Below, piece after piece: positions 13,573 through 26,679 of a stretch of DNA of 64,000 bases. The position numbers were made by a program, and so were the translations under genes. Source of the DNA: Strigamia acuminata (Eukaryota); the NCBI GenBank assembly GCA_949358305.1, contig OX442314.1:2046001-2110000 (forward strand), given 5' to 3'. Positions within the stretch are counted from its first letter, which is position 1; each line of letters starts with the position of its first letter. The notes beneath the pieces were generated by a model. It did not search any database, was not told the origin of the DNA, and saw nothing but the letters and a program-made list of their open reading frames with translations.

Positions 13573-15487
13573 TTAAACGCAATAACAAAACATGCGCAGA
13601 TCTATCTTGTCCGCTCGCATCTGCGCAGTCAGGCATTTGTCCTGGCCGCCATATTGGTTTAATCTGAAGATGCCGCTCAGCACTTCCACGCGCCCGTCGC
13701 GATAAAACGCGAAACCTTCGAAAACCCCTCGTCCGGGCAGTGTTTCGACCACCACCCGGATTTTTTCCGACTCCGACTTGTCGTCCGACGCAAGGTACGA
13801 ATTTTTTATCGTGCCGAGCCTCAAACTCGCGCACAAACTTCGAAACGGCTTCGTTATCGCGTTGATAGCGGCCACAACCCCATCTGCCGCCAGAGTGCTC
13901 CGCCCGTCGTCACTGCTCAACTCCCGTTCGCTGGAGCATGCGCAGAACTGATGCGCGATTCCCGCCTGCGCGCACGTCCTTTCGGCGGGAATTTGTCCGA
14001 AGAAACTGAGCCCGAACGACGACACGGACGATTCCGAACCACCCCCTAATTCGTCCCCCCGCGTGCTGTGTCGTAAAATGTCGACAAACGTAGCGTGGAC
14101 GTCGAACATGGACGTGAGACGGCGCGAATTGCGGCGCAAGTTTCGCTCCGCTCTCGGAAAATCTCGTTTAAATCTCGGCGGTAAATAAACGGAAAAAAAC
14201 GGCATCGAGCTCTCGACGCGACCGATCGGGGTCATCCTGATCGCGTCGAACCGGTGGCCGTGGTCGCCAAAAAACATGAGCACAGTGTCGTCCAGATGCG
14301 CGCGCAGCTCTTGTAGAAAGTTGACAAAATCGTCGTCGGCGGCGCCCACCCGGTTGAGCAAGTTGTGGCTGATCTCGGTGAGGAACGAGACGAGAAAGAA
14401 GGGTTCCTTCCTCTCGCTAGCGCCGAGCACGAACTCTTTGACGTAATCCATGTGCAGCACATGTTTGGGCCTAGACCCGAAGCACAGGTTGGAGCTGAGG
14501 CGGTGCGTCGGGTGCGAGTCGATCGCTACGTAGAACGGGCGCAAGTAGTGATCGGTCGGCTGCCGATCGAAGCCGGACGACGCGTAGTTGAAGACCGTGA
14601 ACTGCGGCTCGTCCTCGGCGAGCAATGTGGCGTAGCCGGCCGCGCTGAAGTTGCGCCACACGAGCGGCCACGAGTCGAAGTAGACGCCGAGCGGCGGCCG
14701 GTCCACGTCCGCCAGACCGGCGAGCACCGCCATCATGTTCGGGAAAGTGTTGTCGCCGACCCGCGTCATTCCGCGCAGCACCGTCGACCCCATACGCCGA
14801 ACTAAATACTCGTAAGTGCGCGGTAGCTGGCGCATGAGGTTGAGCCTCGACATGGAGTCGATGCCGAAAGCGAGCACGCTGATTGGTCGAGCGATCGTCG
14901 TAGCCTTCCGCGGCGATAACCGGCGCGGATGGATCAAGATGGAGCTGTAAATCGACACTCCCAGCCAATTGGCGCAGCGCACTGACACCATGTCGACGGT
15001 GATGTAGACTCCCGGATGCACTAACGGCCGCTCGGCTCCGTACGAGATGCGCTCATCTTCTCCGCGTGGTCTCTTCAGCGGCCGGTAGGTGCAAGTGATG
15101 GAGTCGTAGCCGAATTCGGATGCGGCCGATCCGTTGATTCGCAACGTGTTGTTTCGGTCGATGAAAACGAGGTCGGGTTGCACGCGCCGACAGCGGAGCG
15201 GCGGAGTGTCGAAAACGAAACTCGAGATCGATTCGTGCCACGGATTCGGTTGCGGGAATTGACACGATTGGTCGCGCTCTAGCGGCAGATCCGGATCCCA
15301 CCGGTTGCGCTCGTTGAGAATCTCCTCCGATTTCAGCCTCGTTCGTTTCGTCAGCATCAATGTCACTTTTGTTTATTAAAAAATATAAATAAAAATAATA
15401 AAAATTTAAATAATTTTGAATTTCGAATTTCTTACCGCACAAACAAATGGCACAAACTAGCACAAGGACGGCACGCACTTTCCGCAT
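13573..15487 (-). CDS. DUF229-family protein (alkaline phosphatase/sulfatase-like fold) with N-terminal signal anchor; exons 15487-15436 and 15365-13573
   Basis: Motifs GIDSMSRLNLMRQLPRT, RVGDNTFPN, FDRQPTDHYLRPF, FGDHGHRF, RTCAQAGIAHQFCAC. Spliced N-terminus reads MRKVRAVLVLVCAICLCVTLML. Confidence 0.9.
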
Positions 15488-15959
15488 TTCGTGTGAAAAA
15501 CAACAATAGTCGGAAAACGTGAAGCGATAAAAAGCGACATGAAAAATGGTGGATTTCTGAGAGTTTTTCGTCGCAGCTGCTTCTCATCTTCCGCTAGAAG
15601 CGCCGCAGACATCGTCATCCTCCATTTCGATCGCAAACAGATTGATTCTTTCGGATATTCCTACCAGCTTTCGATCAACACGGCGCAGGCGTTTCCTCGC
15701 ACGAAAATCGATTTCACAAGTCTGCCACCACGCGAGCAAACTTCGAGTTGGCCAATTGCCCAATGAAATTGCCCTCTTTTTCAAATACGTCTCACTCTCA
15801 TTGCCCAGCTATTTCCGGCATTCCTTATTGGGCAATAAGGAATATATTGTTGCGGATTGATACGGTTTTTTATTGTTGTTTAACAGGGACTACATTATGT
15901 GCGTACAAAACAAATCGATGGAAATAGGAGAGTCGGTCGTCAGTGTTCGTCAGTGTTCG

Positions 15960-18371
15960 TCAGTCTTCCGCGTATTGAGGAGCGGTGGGGACCGTGAGCA
16001 CGGACGATGAGTCATAGTGATCGGCCACTGCGGAAGTGTGCAGAATGGGCTTTTCTTCGGGCGCCGGGTCGGCCATGATTTGCAGATTGTGAATGGCGAC
16101 GAAGTGGTCGTAACCTTGGAGGATTACGACTTTGAGGTGGCGGGCTACGCATGTTTCTTTTATGTTCCAAGTGTACATTCGTCTGTCCTTGTGTTCACAT
16201 TCTGCCGATGTAAAGAAAAGGGTTTACAAATTATTTCTCGCGAACCAATGTACAACCGATTCTGTTTTTACTCGATAGATACGTTACAGGTAAAAAAAAA
16301 TTTGCAAGAAAAAGACACTAGGTGCATTCAAAAACTAAAATATTTTGTGTTTTACTTCAATTTTAAGCCAAAAATGACATCATTTCCTGTTTAAACCCAT
16401 GTTAAAAGTTATAACAAATCGCAAGGGACAGAGACATCGGTTGTGTATGAATATAACACAATGGTTGTGCCATATTTGAATACAGAATGCCATTGTGTTA
16501 TATTACACCGCCAAATGACAATATGCGGAAGAAATACATTTTTAAAAATACAATAAAATAAAAATTTTATTATATCATCTTTTCCAAATCACTTTGCACA
16601 ACTTTTGTATTTTTATTTGAAATACTGTAAATTTTTAATCAGTTTTGTTGGAGTTTTATTGACCGCCAATGTTGCTGTTGACCAATTACTTATCATTTTG
16701 AACTGCCTGTGTACGCTTGCCATTAATATTTACAACAAACTTACAAAATTTCAGAAGTTTCATAAAAGGCAGGCAATATAACAAAATGGGGTGCTATTGA
16801 ATAGACAACATGACACTTGCCCTGTATTTGAACACAACACCATTCCATTATTCTGGGAAGACGGTAGCTGCATTCAAAAATGGATGAAAAAGTGTTTTCG
16901 GTGTTTGTGTTTTTGTTTTGTGACGTTAAAAGATATAAAAACAAACTCCCAAACACAAATAACATGATTCACTGAAGGCAGCTACTGTGTACTTTTTTTT
17001 AAAAAACCTTTATAAAAAATTGTGTTAAATCAAAAGAAATTGTGTAAAAACTGAATTGAATTTATTTTTCTGGATTAGACCGTGTTAAATCAAAATCATG
17101 TAAAAAAAAGACCGTGTGAAAACAGAATTGGATGTACTCTTCTCTAAACTAGGTTTATCGAAAGAAGTTTCTTGGAGGGAAAATTTATATAGCGTCGATT
17201 CATCATTGGGTGATCCGGAAACTTATTTACGGTAGAACCTCGATTATCTGAACAAAGGAATAAGGGTAAAATGTGCCGTTCTGGTATAAGGCATTACGAA
17301 TTTATGGACAATTTTCAGGTTCATTGGTCAAAGCGCAAGAAAGTTTTTTTGTAGTTTTTTACTAATTTTATAGAGGCCGCAATATGTTAATGCAATAATA
17401 ATGAACTTTGAACCTTCTGGTGGTGGTTTTAAACACTACCAGTAAATGCAAGCGCTCTTTACTAAAGCAGCAAAGCCTGTTTAAAAATTTTGCTGGAACT
17501 TTAAGGGGCAGAAAATTTCAATTCAGAATAACTAATTAAATAAACAACTAATACATACAAATTTCATATGAGTCAAAGTCAGACACCATATAAACAAAAT
17601 CATAAATTTTCAGCAAAAAAAAATCCGTGTAGCCTTACGCCTCCGAGGGTAAAAGTATGTGAAAATCGTCAAAAAACATTAAAAACTAATTAAACATATG
17701 TGAAAATCGTCAAAAAACATTAAAAATCGATTAAAACACCGATAAAAATGGGTAAAAAATCGATAAAACATCGCTTGACTGCTGTTCGGATAACCCAAAG
17801 TTCGTATAACCGGTGTTCCAAGAACCGAGTGCTTTTTATTTTAGTTTTTATTGTCGTACCTTCTTCGGCGACGTATTTTTCGAATTCCGTCGGTAGGTCG
17901 TGCTTGGTTTTATCAATTTTTATTAATTTCACTAAAAAAAATAAAAAAATAAAATAAAATATTTTTTTTTCTTCTATTTTATTTAAAATACTACCGTTGT
18001 AAAATTGCAATGCCACGCTTGTGACGTTCATTTTCGTGCGGAAAGAAACGATAAACGAGTGTGGGAAAAGCCCCGATGTGGGCCAAAAAGTGTCCCACTT
18101 GCTACAAACAAAAACAAGGTTTAATTGATATGTCCACCACCAGTTGTCATAGAAACTATGTCAACCGATGTCAACACTCAATAAATTGTTAAAATAATGA
18201 GAAGTTTCGCGAAAAACGACTAAAATATTAGTTTTTGACCTGAAAAAGACAAAAAATTGAAGAAAAATAACTAAATTACCCGTCAATTATGTTGTTTAGT
18301 GGATACTTATCATCGCGGCAGGTGGCGAAATAAATTCGTGTTCCTTCGCTGACTAGCGCTATATCCTTCAT
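15960..18371 (-). CDS. IFT25: Intraflagellar transport protein 25 / HSPB11; exons 18371-18280, 18101-17995, 17931-17860, 16201-15960
   Basis: Manual splicing gives MKDIALVSEGTRIYFATCRDDKYPLNNIIDG KWDTFWPTSGLFPHSFIVSF...VKLIKIDKTKHDLPTEFEKYVAEE...ARHLKVVILQGYDHFVAIHNL. This aligns by eye with human IFT25 as recalled (ENIIDG..TFWTTTGMFPQEFII..FDHFASVH). All junctions are GT-AG and in phase. Confidence 0.9.
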
Positions 18372-18708
18372 AACGACGTTATTTCGCGAGAAAATAACGC
18401 GCTTCTTCTTTCACGACGGTACTTCACTCGTTATTTTCAATTTTTCATTTATCCCGAGCGAAATAACGGAAATAAATAAATACCACGGACCGAATGAATC
18501 AAAAACAGTTGATGTTTCCATCACCAGATGGCGCGACGGTCACATCGTGACGACTGGGACTAAAAATTCGCTCGATTTTTGCAAATTTTAATAAAGAACG
18601 TTCGCGATTTTTATTTTCGGAACCATTAATTAATATCTTTTGTATAAAAAGAATGTTTGATTGAGAAAAACGACAGACGGAAGTAGAAACGCGAATCAGA
18701 GTATAAAA
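18372..18708. promoter_or_regulatory. Probable bidirectional promoter between IFT25 and SF3B2
   Basis: Divergent ATGs only 337 bp apart; contains a CTCF-like CACCAGATGGCGC at ~18522-18534. Confidence 0.6.
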
Positions 18709-21700
18709 ATGGCCGACCGGTCAATTCCCACTCTCACCGAACTAAGGAAACTGCGCGTGGTAGAATTGAAGGGGAAGCTCACGAAATTGGGTTTATCGAC
18801 GACAGGTAACGCTTTCGCACCGCCGAGTTCCCATAACAAACTAACGCACGTTTCGCCGACAGGTTTGAAAGCTGATTTGGTCGACCGTTTGTACAACGCT
18901 TCGCAAGTAAGTGATTCGCAACGAAAACACAACGACACGCGCATCACGTGACTGGAGACGAGGCTTAAATCGTTTATTTTTCAGAATTCGCCGGCCGACG
19001 ACGATGATGAAGAAGACGACGAAGCCGGCGACGTGCTAGACCACGAAGAGGTAGAATTTTGCTTAAAAGATTTTCGTCTATTTGTTTTTTAATTGGAATT
19101 ATGCAAAAATAGCTCGCGTACGAATCGAATCCGCAGCAAATGATGCAGGACGAACAACGCAGGCAGCAAGAAGAAGTCGTCGCACTGCAAATGCAACAAG
19201 TAAAGTTCAAATTTACCGATAAATTAATCAATTGATTAATCAATTGAAAGTTGGCTGGAACCGACGGTACCGGCTTACTTTCACCCCTGATTTATTGAAC
19301 CGACGGAACCGGCCCAGACAGCATCATTGCGATATATATTTATATACTTAGAAAATCAACAGATTTAACACGAAAATCGACTGTTTTAGATCGAAAATCA
19401 ACGTTTTTAGCACAAATAATTATCGTCATTACATTACATTTGTCAAAAATGTCGATTTTTAGTATAAAATGAAAATTTTTAGTCTAAAATGTCAATTTTT
19501 AGTCTGAAATGTCGATTTTTTTTGTCTAAAATGATGATTTTTTTTGTCTAAAATGTCGCTTTTTAGTCTAAAATGAACATTTTTTTTGTCTAAAATGAAC
19601 ATTTTTTGCTAAAAAAAAATGAACATTTCTTTTGTCTAAAATGAAGATTTTATGATCGGAAATAAGATTTTTTGTCTAAAATGATGATTTTTTTTGTCTA
19701 AAATGTCGATTTTTAGTCTAAAATGAACATTTTTTTTGCCTAAAATGAAGATTTTATGATCGGAAATAAGATTTTTTGTCTAAAATGATGATTTTTTGTC
19801 TAAAATGTCGATTTTTAGTCTAAAATGAACATTTTTTTTGTCTAAAATGAAGATTTTATGATCGGAAATGAACATTTTTTGTCTAAAATGACGATTTTTT
19901 CGTTTAAAATGACGATTTTTTGTATCTAAAATGACTATTTTTTGTCTAAAATAACAATTTTTCTCTAAAATGACGATTTTTAGTTTAAAATGACGATTTT
20001 CTGATCTAAAATGACGATTTTCTGATCTAAAATGACGATTTTCTGTCAAAAAATAACGATTTTTTAGTCTAAAATGACGATTTTTTGGTTCAGAAAGAAC
20101 ATTTTTGGTCTTAAATGAAGAATTTTGGTCTAAAATATCGATTTTTGGTCTAAAACCGTCGCAAACACATTTTTTCCACTTTAAATAACCTTAAATGAAT
20201 TAATTTTCTGATCTGCTAGCAGGTTATGAACGAACAGAACCAGCAGTCGATGGAATTCCAGCAAATGCAGGCGGATCAAGAGAACATCCGTCTCGCCGAG
20301 GAATTGAGACTCCGACAGGAGGAGGAAGAACAGCAGCGTTTGTGGGAGCAGAACAGACAAGAAGAAGAGATGCGCCGCCTCGCGGAGGAGCAGCAAAGGA
20401 TTCAGTGGGAGGAAGAGATGCGACGTCAGGAGGAGGAAGCGCGCTTGCGGGAGCAACTGCGCGTGCAGGAGGAGGAGGAACGGGAGGAGAAACGGCGTCA
20501 GGACGAGTTGCGGATGATGCAGGAGGAGATGCGGCGCCAGGACGAGCTGCGATTGGCGGAGATGCAGCGTCAGGAGCTGGCGAGACAGGAGGAAATGAGG
20601 AGGATTCAGGAAGAGGAGCGAAGGAATCACGAACAGATGTTGAGGATGCAGCAGGAGGAGGAGCGCAGGAAGCAGGAGGAGTTGTTGGCGATGCAGAGAG
20701 CGGAGGAAATTCGAAGGATTCAGGAGGAGGAGCGCAAACGGATGGAGGAGATGCAGCGGGTGGAGGAAATGCGGAGGTTCCAGGAGGAGGAGCGTCGCAA
20801 ACACGAGCAGATGGTGGAGGAGGAGCGCAAGATGAAGGAAGCGGCCGAGTTGCAGCAAAAAGTAATTTTAAAAAATTGATTTTCGGTGATTTTGAGTTAA
20901 TTTTTGGTGATTTTGAGTTGATTTTTGGTGATTTTGAGTTGATTTTTGGTGATTTTGAGTTGATTTTTGGTTATATTGAGTTGATTTTTGGTTATTTTTA
21001 GTTGATTTTTGTTTATTTTGAGTATTTTGGTGATTTTGATTTAATTTTTGGTGATTTTTGTTGATTTTGAGTTGATTTTTGGTGATTTTGAGTTGATTTT
21101 TGGTGATTTTGAATTGATTTTTGGTAATTTTCAGTTGATTTTTGTTGATTTCAAGTATTTTGGTGATTTTGATTTGATTTTTGGTTATTTTGAGTTGATT
21201 TTTGATGATTTTAATTTGATTTTTGGTGATTTTGATTTGATATTTGTGTTTGTTTTTGTAGGTTTTGCAGCAGCAGATGTTGTTGGAGCAGCAGAAAATG
21301 GAGGAGGAGAAGCGGGAGAAGGAGAAGTTGTTCCAGTTGCAGCAGGAAGCGTTGTTGGCGAAGCAACAGGACGAACAGCGCCAGATTCAACAGCAGTTGA
21401 TCGCGCAGCAGCAGATGATGGAGGAGAAACAGAGGAAGGATGAGGAGTTGTTCCGGCTGCAGGAGAAGGCGTCGATGATGGTGAATCAGGAAGCGCAGAT
21501 CCAGCAACAGCAGCAGATGATACTCGAGGAACAGCAGCAACAACAACAGCAACAGCAGCAACAAATGCAGCAACAACAACAGCAACAGCAGCAACAAATG
21601 CAGCAACAACAACAACAAATGCAGCAGTCGGTTTTGGTTCTACAGCCGATACAATTGATACAGTCTCAAATGGTGATTGATCAATTATTTTATTTTTTTG

Positions 21701-23769
21701 ACTTGTTTTAATTCATTTTAAATATTTTCGACTTATTTTAACTCATTTTAAATTTATTCGACTTATTTTAACTCATTTTGAATTTTTTCGACTTATTTTA
21801 ACTCATTTTAAATTTTTTCGACTTATTTTAACTCATTTTTTCGACTTATTTTAACTCATTTTAAATTTTTTCGACTTATATTAACTCATTTTTTCGACTT
21901 ATTTTAACTCATTTTAAATTTTTTCGATTTATTTGTAATTTTTTCGACTTATTTTAACTTATTTCACACTGTTTAGACGTATTTCACATTTTTTAGACTA
22001 ATTTCACATTTTTTAGACGAATTTCACATTTTTTAGACTTATTTCACATTTTTTAAGACTTATTTCAAACTTTTTCGATTGATTTCAAATTTTGTTTTAA
22101 ATCTCTAATTTTCAAATTCTTTTGTCTCTAGAGCGCCGTACCCGCTGCGGAAATTGTGGAATCTGTGTTGAAACAGCAGCAGGAGGAGGAGGAATTGTAC
22201 CGGCTGCAAGGTGAAGCGTTTTTGGCGAAACGACAAGAAGAACACGACATTCAGTTGCAGCAACAGGTGAATTTACGAATTTACCCACAAATACTTAAAT
22301 TACAATTCATTTTAAACTTTTAAATTTTCAGATGTTGCACCAGCAAGAACAGCAACAGAAACATCTGATGATACAACAACAGCAGAAAATCCTGGAGGAA
22401 GAAAAACGGCGCGAGGAAGAGGAATTATTCCGCGCGCAACAGGAAGCGCTATTGGCGCAGAAACGCGAGGACGAAACTCGCAAATTGATGCAACAGAGAC
22501 AACAAGCGATGGCGCAACAACAACAGCAACAACAACAACAACAACCGCCGCCCGTTCAGATGCGGATGTCGTCGCAAGTGCCGATGCCGAATCGAGTAAA
22601 ATGCGATGAAAATTCGATTTTTTTTTACAAATAAATTAAAAAATTTGATTGAATTTCAGATGGAGCCGAATAAGCCGCCGCCGCTCATGTCGCTCGACGT
22701 TCCCAAGCCGATGGAGGATCCGTCGAAGGAGATTAAATTACCGCAAGCGCTTGAAAAAGCTTTGGCTTACAAAGTGGAGCGCACGCAACAGCTGGGTGTG
22801 GTCCACGACGACGTGGACAACGAAAACGACGACAATCGGCAAGGAAAGGACGACGACAATGAAATGGACGACGATGTGGATGACGATGCGGGCAAAACGT
22901 CGACGGTCGACAAACCCGTCAAAGAAGTAAAATTAAATTATTTAAAATTAATTTTATTAATTTTCTTGAATTATTTTTTATTTTTATTAATTTTCTGGAA
23001 TTATTTTTGATTTTTATTAATTTTCTGGAATTATTTTTGATTTTTATTAATTTTCTGGAATTATTTTTGATTTTTATTAATTTTCTGGAATTATTTTTGA
23101 TTTTTATTAATTTTCTGGAATTATTTTTGATTTTTATTAATTTTCTGGAATTATTTTTGATTTTTATTAATTTTCTTGTATTTCTATTAATTTTTTATTA
23201 ATTTTCTTGTAATTCTATTGATTTTTATTAATTTTCTCGTGTTTTTATTGATTTTTACTGATTTTTATTAATTTTCTCGTGTTTTTATTGATTTTTACTG
23301 ATTTTTATTAATTTTCTCGGATTTTACTGATTTTTATTAATTTTTTGATAGTCAAAGAACCACCGACGGAAAATGAAGAAGAAACGACGAGCAAAACATC
23401 GTCAGATGCAACAGAAATTGCAGGAACAGCAATTGGAGAACGAAGAGGAAGAGGAGAAGCGAGTCGCGCATCCGCTGGACGACGTCGAAGTCGAGTAAAA
23501 TTACTAAACAAAAAAATTGATTTATTCATTTATTCATTTATTTATTTATATTTTGACACAGCTACATTCAGGACACGGTCAACATGGACCCAATGGACCC
23601 CATGTATTTCCAGTTCATGAAAATCTTCGAAACTTTCAAGTTGTCCGAGTCGGACAAGAAGGGCGACGACGGCAAGGAGAACCGCGACTCCAGACTGGAC
23701 ATGGATTTGAGGAAGAAACCCAAGGACACCGACGAAGATCTGGACGACGAGGTGTGAAAATTACTTATT

Positions 23770-23808
<39 letters not shown>

Positions 23809-26016
23809 TTCTTTATTTTTGTGCAGAAAAAGGACGACGAGCCGAAATTATCGAAACGTAAAATGAAGAAACTGAACCGGTTGAGCGTGGCCGAGTTAAA
23901 GCAACACGTGGCGCGTCCGGACGTTGTGGAAATGCACGACGTGACCGCCAGAGATCCCAAATTGTTGGTGATGTTGAAATCGACTCGCAACACCGTGCCG
24001 GTGCCCCGACATTGGTGCTTCAAGAGGAAATATTTGCAGGGCAAACGCGGTATTGAGAAGCCGCCTTTTAATCTGCCAGACTTTATCAAGAGAACGGGCA
24101 TTATGGAAATGCGCCAGGCACTGCAAGACAAAGTAAAAAAGAAAAATTAAAATTAAAATAAAGTACAAACTGTGAAATTTGCGTTGCAGGAGGATCAGAA
24201 AACGATTAAAGCGAAAATGAGGGAAAAAGTTCGGCCCAAATTAGGAAAAATTGATATTGATTATCAAAAGCTCCATGATGCCTTTTTTAAGTGAGTTTAC
24301 TTGTTTTTTTTAAAAAAAAATTAAATTAAATTAAATTTGATTGGTTTTAGGTGGCAAACTAAGCCGAGAATGACGATTCACGGAGATTTATATTATGAGG
24401 GAAAAGAATTTGAGACGCGACTAAAAGAGAAGAAACCCGGCGAATTATCTGACGAGTTGCGCACGGCTTTGGGAATGCCAGTCGGACCGGTAATACGTTG
24501 AAATTTTGTTGGATTTGTTGAAATTTTGATGGATTTGTTGAAATTTTGATGGATTTGTTGAAATTTTGTTAGATTTGTTGAAATTTTGACAGATTTGTTG
24601 AAATTTTGACAGATTTGTTGAAATTTTGTTAGATTTGTTGAAATTTTGTTAGATTTGTTGAAATTTTGATAGATATGTTGAAATATTGATAGATATGTTG
24701 AAATTTTGATAGATTTGTTGAAATTTTGTTAGATTTGTTAAAATTTTGACAGATTTGTTGAAATTTTGACAGATTTGTTGAAATTTTGACAGATTTGTTG
24801 AAATTTTATTAGATTTGTTGAAATTTTATTAGATTTGTTGAAATTTTGTTAGATTTGTTGAAATTTTGTCTGATTTGTTGAAATTTTCATAGATTTGTTA
24901 AAATTTTATTAGATTTATTGAAAATTTGTTTTTCCGTTTCAGAACTCGCACAAAGTGCCACCGCCGTGGCTGATTGCGATGCAGCGATACGGACCGCCTC
25001 CGTCGTACCCGAATCTCAAGATTCCCGGTTTAAATGCACCCATCCCAGACGTTCGTATATTTTTTTTAATTAATGTTTTTAATTAATGAGTTAATAATTT
25101 TTGTTTCAGGGTTGCTCGTTCGGTTACCACGCGGGAGGATGGGGCAAACCGCCCGTCGACGAGAGCGGCAAACCGCTGTACGGCGACGTTTTCGGCACTC
25201 AGGGCAGCGAGTTCCACGTAAAAAACACGTCAAACTGTAAAAAGAGAGAAAATTAATTAATATTGTTTTTAAATTTCCAGACTTCGATGGCCGATGAAGA
25301 GGTTGATCGCACGTTGTGGGGCGAATTGGAATCGGAGTCCGAGTCCGAGTCGGAAGAAGAAGAGGAGGAGGAGGAGGAAGAACCCGACAAGAGCGGCATA
25401 ATGACCCCGGCGGAGGGCGGATTGGTCACTCCGAGCGGGCTCGCGTCTATCCCAACGGGAATGGAGACCCCGGACATGATCGAGCTGCGCAAACGCAAGA
25501 TCGAGAGCGAGATGGAGACGTGAGTTGGAGAATTTTGTTGAAACAAAACAATTTTTTTAAAATTTTTTTCGAATTTGTAGGGTCGATGCTCCGTCTTTGT
25601 ATACAATACTCCCGGAGAAGAAGACGGAGCGAGTGGGCGCCGCCATGATGGCGTCGACGCACGTGTACGACATTTCGGCCGCGATGCCGGGCAACAAGAG
25701 GTTCGCCACGATGCCGACCGCCGACGGACACGGCGGCGTTGAAGTGGCGCTCGATCCCAGCGAGTTGGACATGGACACGGCCGCAATGGCAGCGCGCTAC
25801 GAGCAGACCATCAGGGAGCAACAGAACCAGCTGGCCAAAGAGGATCTTAGTGATATGGTGGCCGAACACGCCGCAAAACAAAAGGTAAGATTTTGATTTA
25901 ATTTTGATTTAATTTTTGTTTAATTTTAATTTTTAATTTTTTTTTAGAATAAGAGGAAAAAGCAGCAACAGGATACGGGAAAAAGTGCGAAAAAGTACAA
26001 GGAATTCAAATTTTGA
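18709..26016 (+). CDS. SF3B2: Splicing factor 3B subunit 2 (SAP145), multi-exon, with a long Q/E/R-rich insertion
   Basis: N-terminal SAP domain (LRKLRVVELKGKLTKLGLSTTGLKADLVDRL); RLSVAELKQ..RPDVVEMHDVTARDPKLLV..RNTVPVPRHWCFKRKYLQGKRGIEKPPF; PPPWLIAMQRYGPPPSYPNLKIPG; C-terminal EDLSDMVAEHAAKQ..KKYKEFKF*. Confidence 0.96.
19440..20160. repeat. Intronic tandem array (GTCTAAAATGACGATTTTT-like)
   Basis: Visible array in an SF3B2 intron. Confidence 0.9.
20875..21240. repeat. Intronic 21-bp array (GATTTTGAGTTGATTTTTGGT)
   Basis: Visible array; source of the FGDFELI pseudo-ORFs. Confidence 0.9.
22950..23340. repeat. Intronic 30-bp array (TTTTTATTAATTTTCTGGAATTATTTTTGA)
   Basis: Visible array. Confidence 0.9.
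24500..24930. repeat. Intronic 20-bp array (AGATTTGTTGAAATTTTG..)
   Basis: About 21 copies visible. Confidence 0.92.
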
Positions 26017-26679
26017 AGCCATTTTCATTCCATTTGTCATTTTATTTTCATTTTATATTATTGTAAAACGACTAATAAGTTAATTATTAAAATTGTTCAA
26101 TCGTCGTGTTGAAAATGATTTGAATTATGTCTGTACCATTAGAGATTAGAGATTTTTTAATCTAAATTAATGTAAATTTAATGTAAATCAAGCGACCCAA
26201 AGCACGCCAGTGCGTTTTTATAGCAATCATCGACGGACAATCTTGAAAATCTTTGAAAAATCTTTGAAAATCTCTTGCGAACTCGCGCAATGTTAGGAAA
26301 TCGAACAAGATTTAACACAATTTTGAGCATAAACTCGCAAAACGTCGTGAAATCAACAAGATTTAAATAAATCCCGAGCGAAATCAAGCAAAATCTTGAG
26401 CAAACTCGCGAAAAATCACATTTTTGTTGATTAGCACCATTGTATGTACTTGTATGCCAAAAGAACTGAACTCCTGAATTCCTATTTTGTTATTGTTGCA
26501 GTGAAAAATATAAAAACATGCACACTGAAAGATTTTACTCCAGTGAAATCAAGTCTTAGAGAATTATAAACACCATGCACATGATGCGTATCGTAAAATA
26601 AATCCATAAATCACATTTTACTGAAAATGTGGCAATTTTAAGCACTTATTGTACGAATTTCTGCATTTGTGGTACTTTT

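Noticed and set aside
10449..14968. Alternative-frame and antisense ORFs over the RTF1 and DUF229 exons
   Set aside because: Shadows of GC-rich coding sequence.
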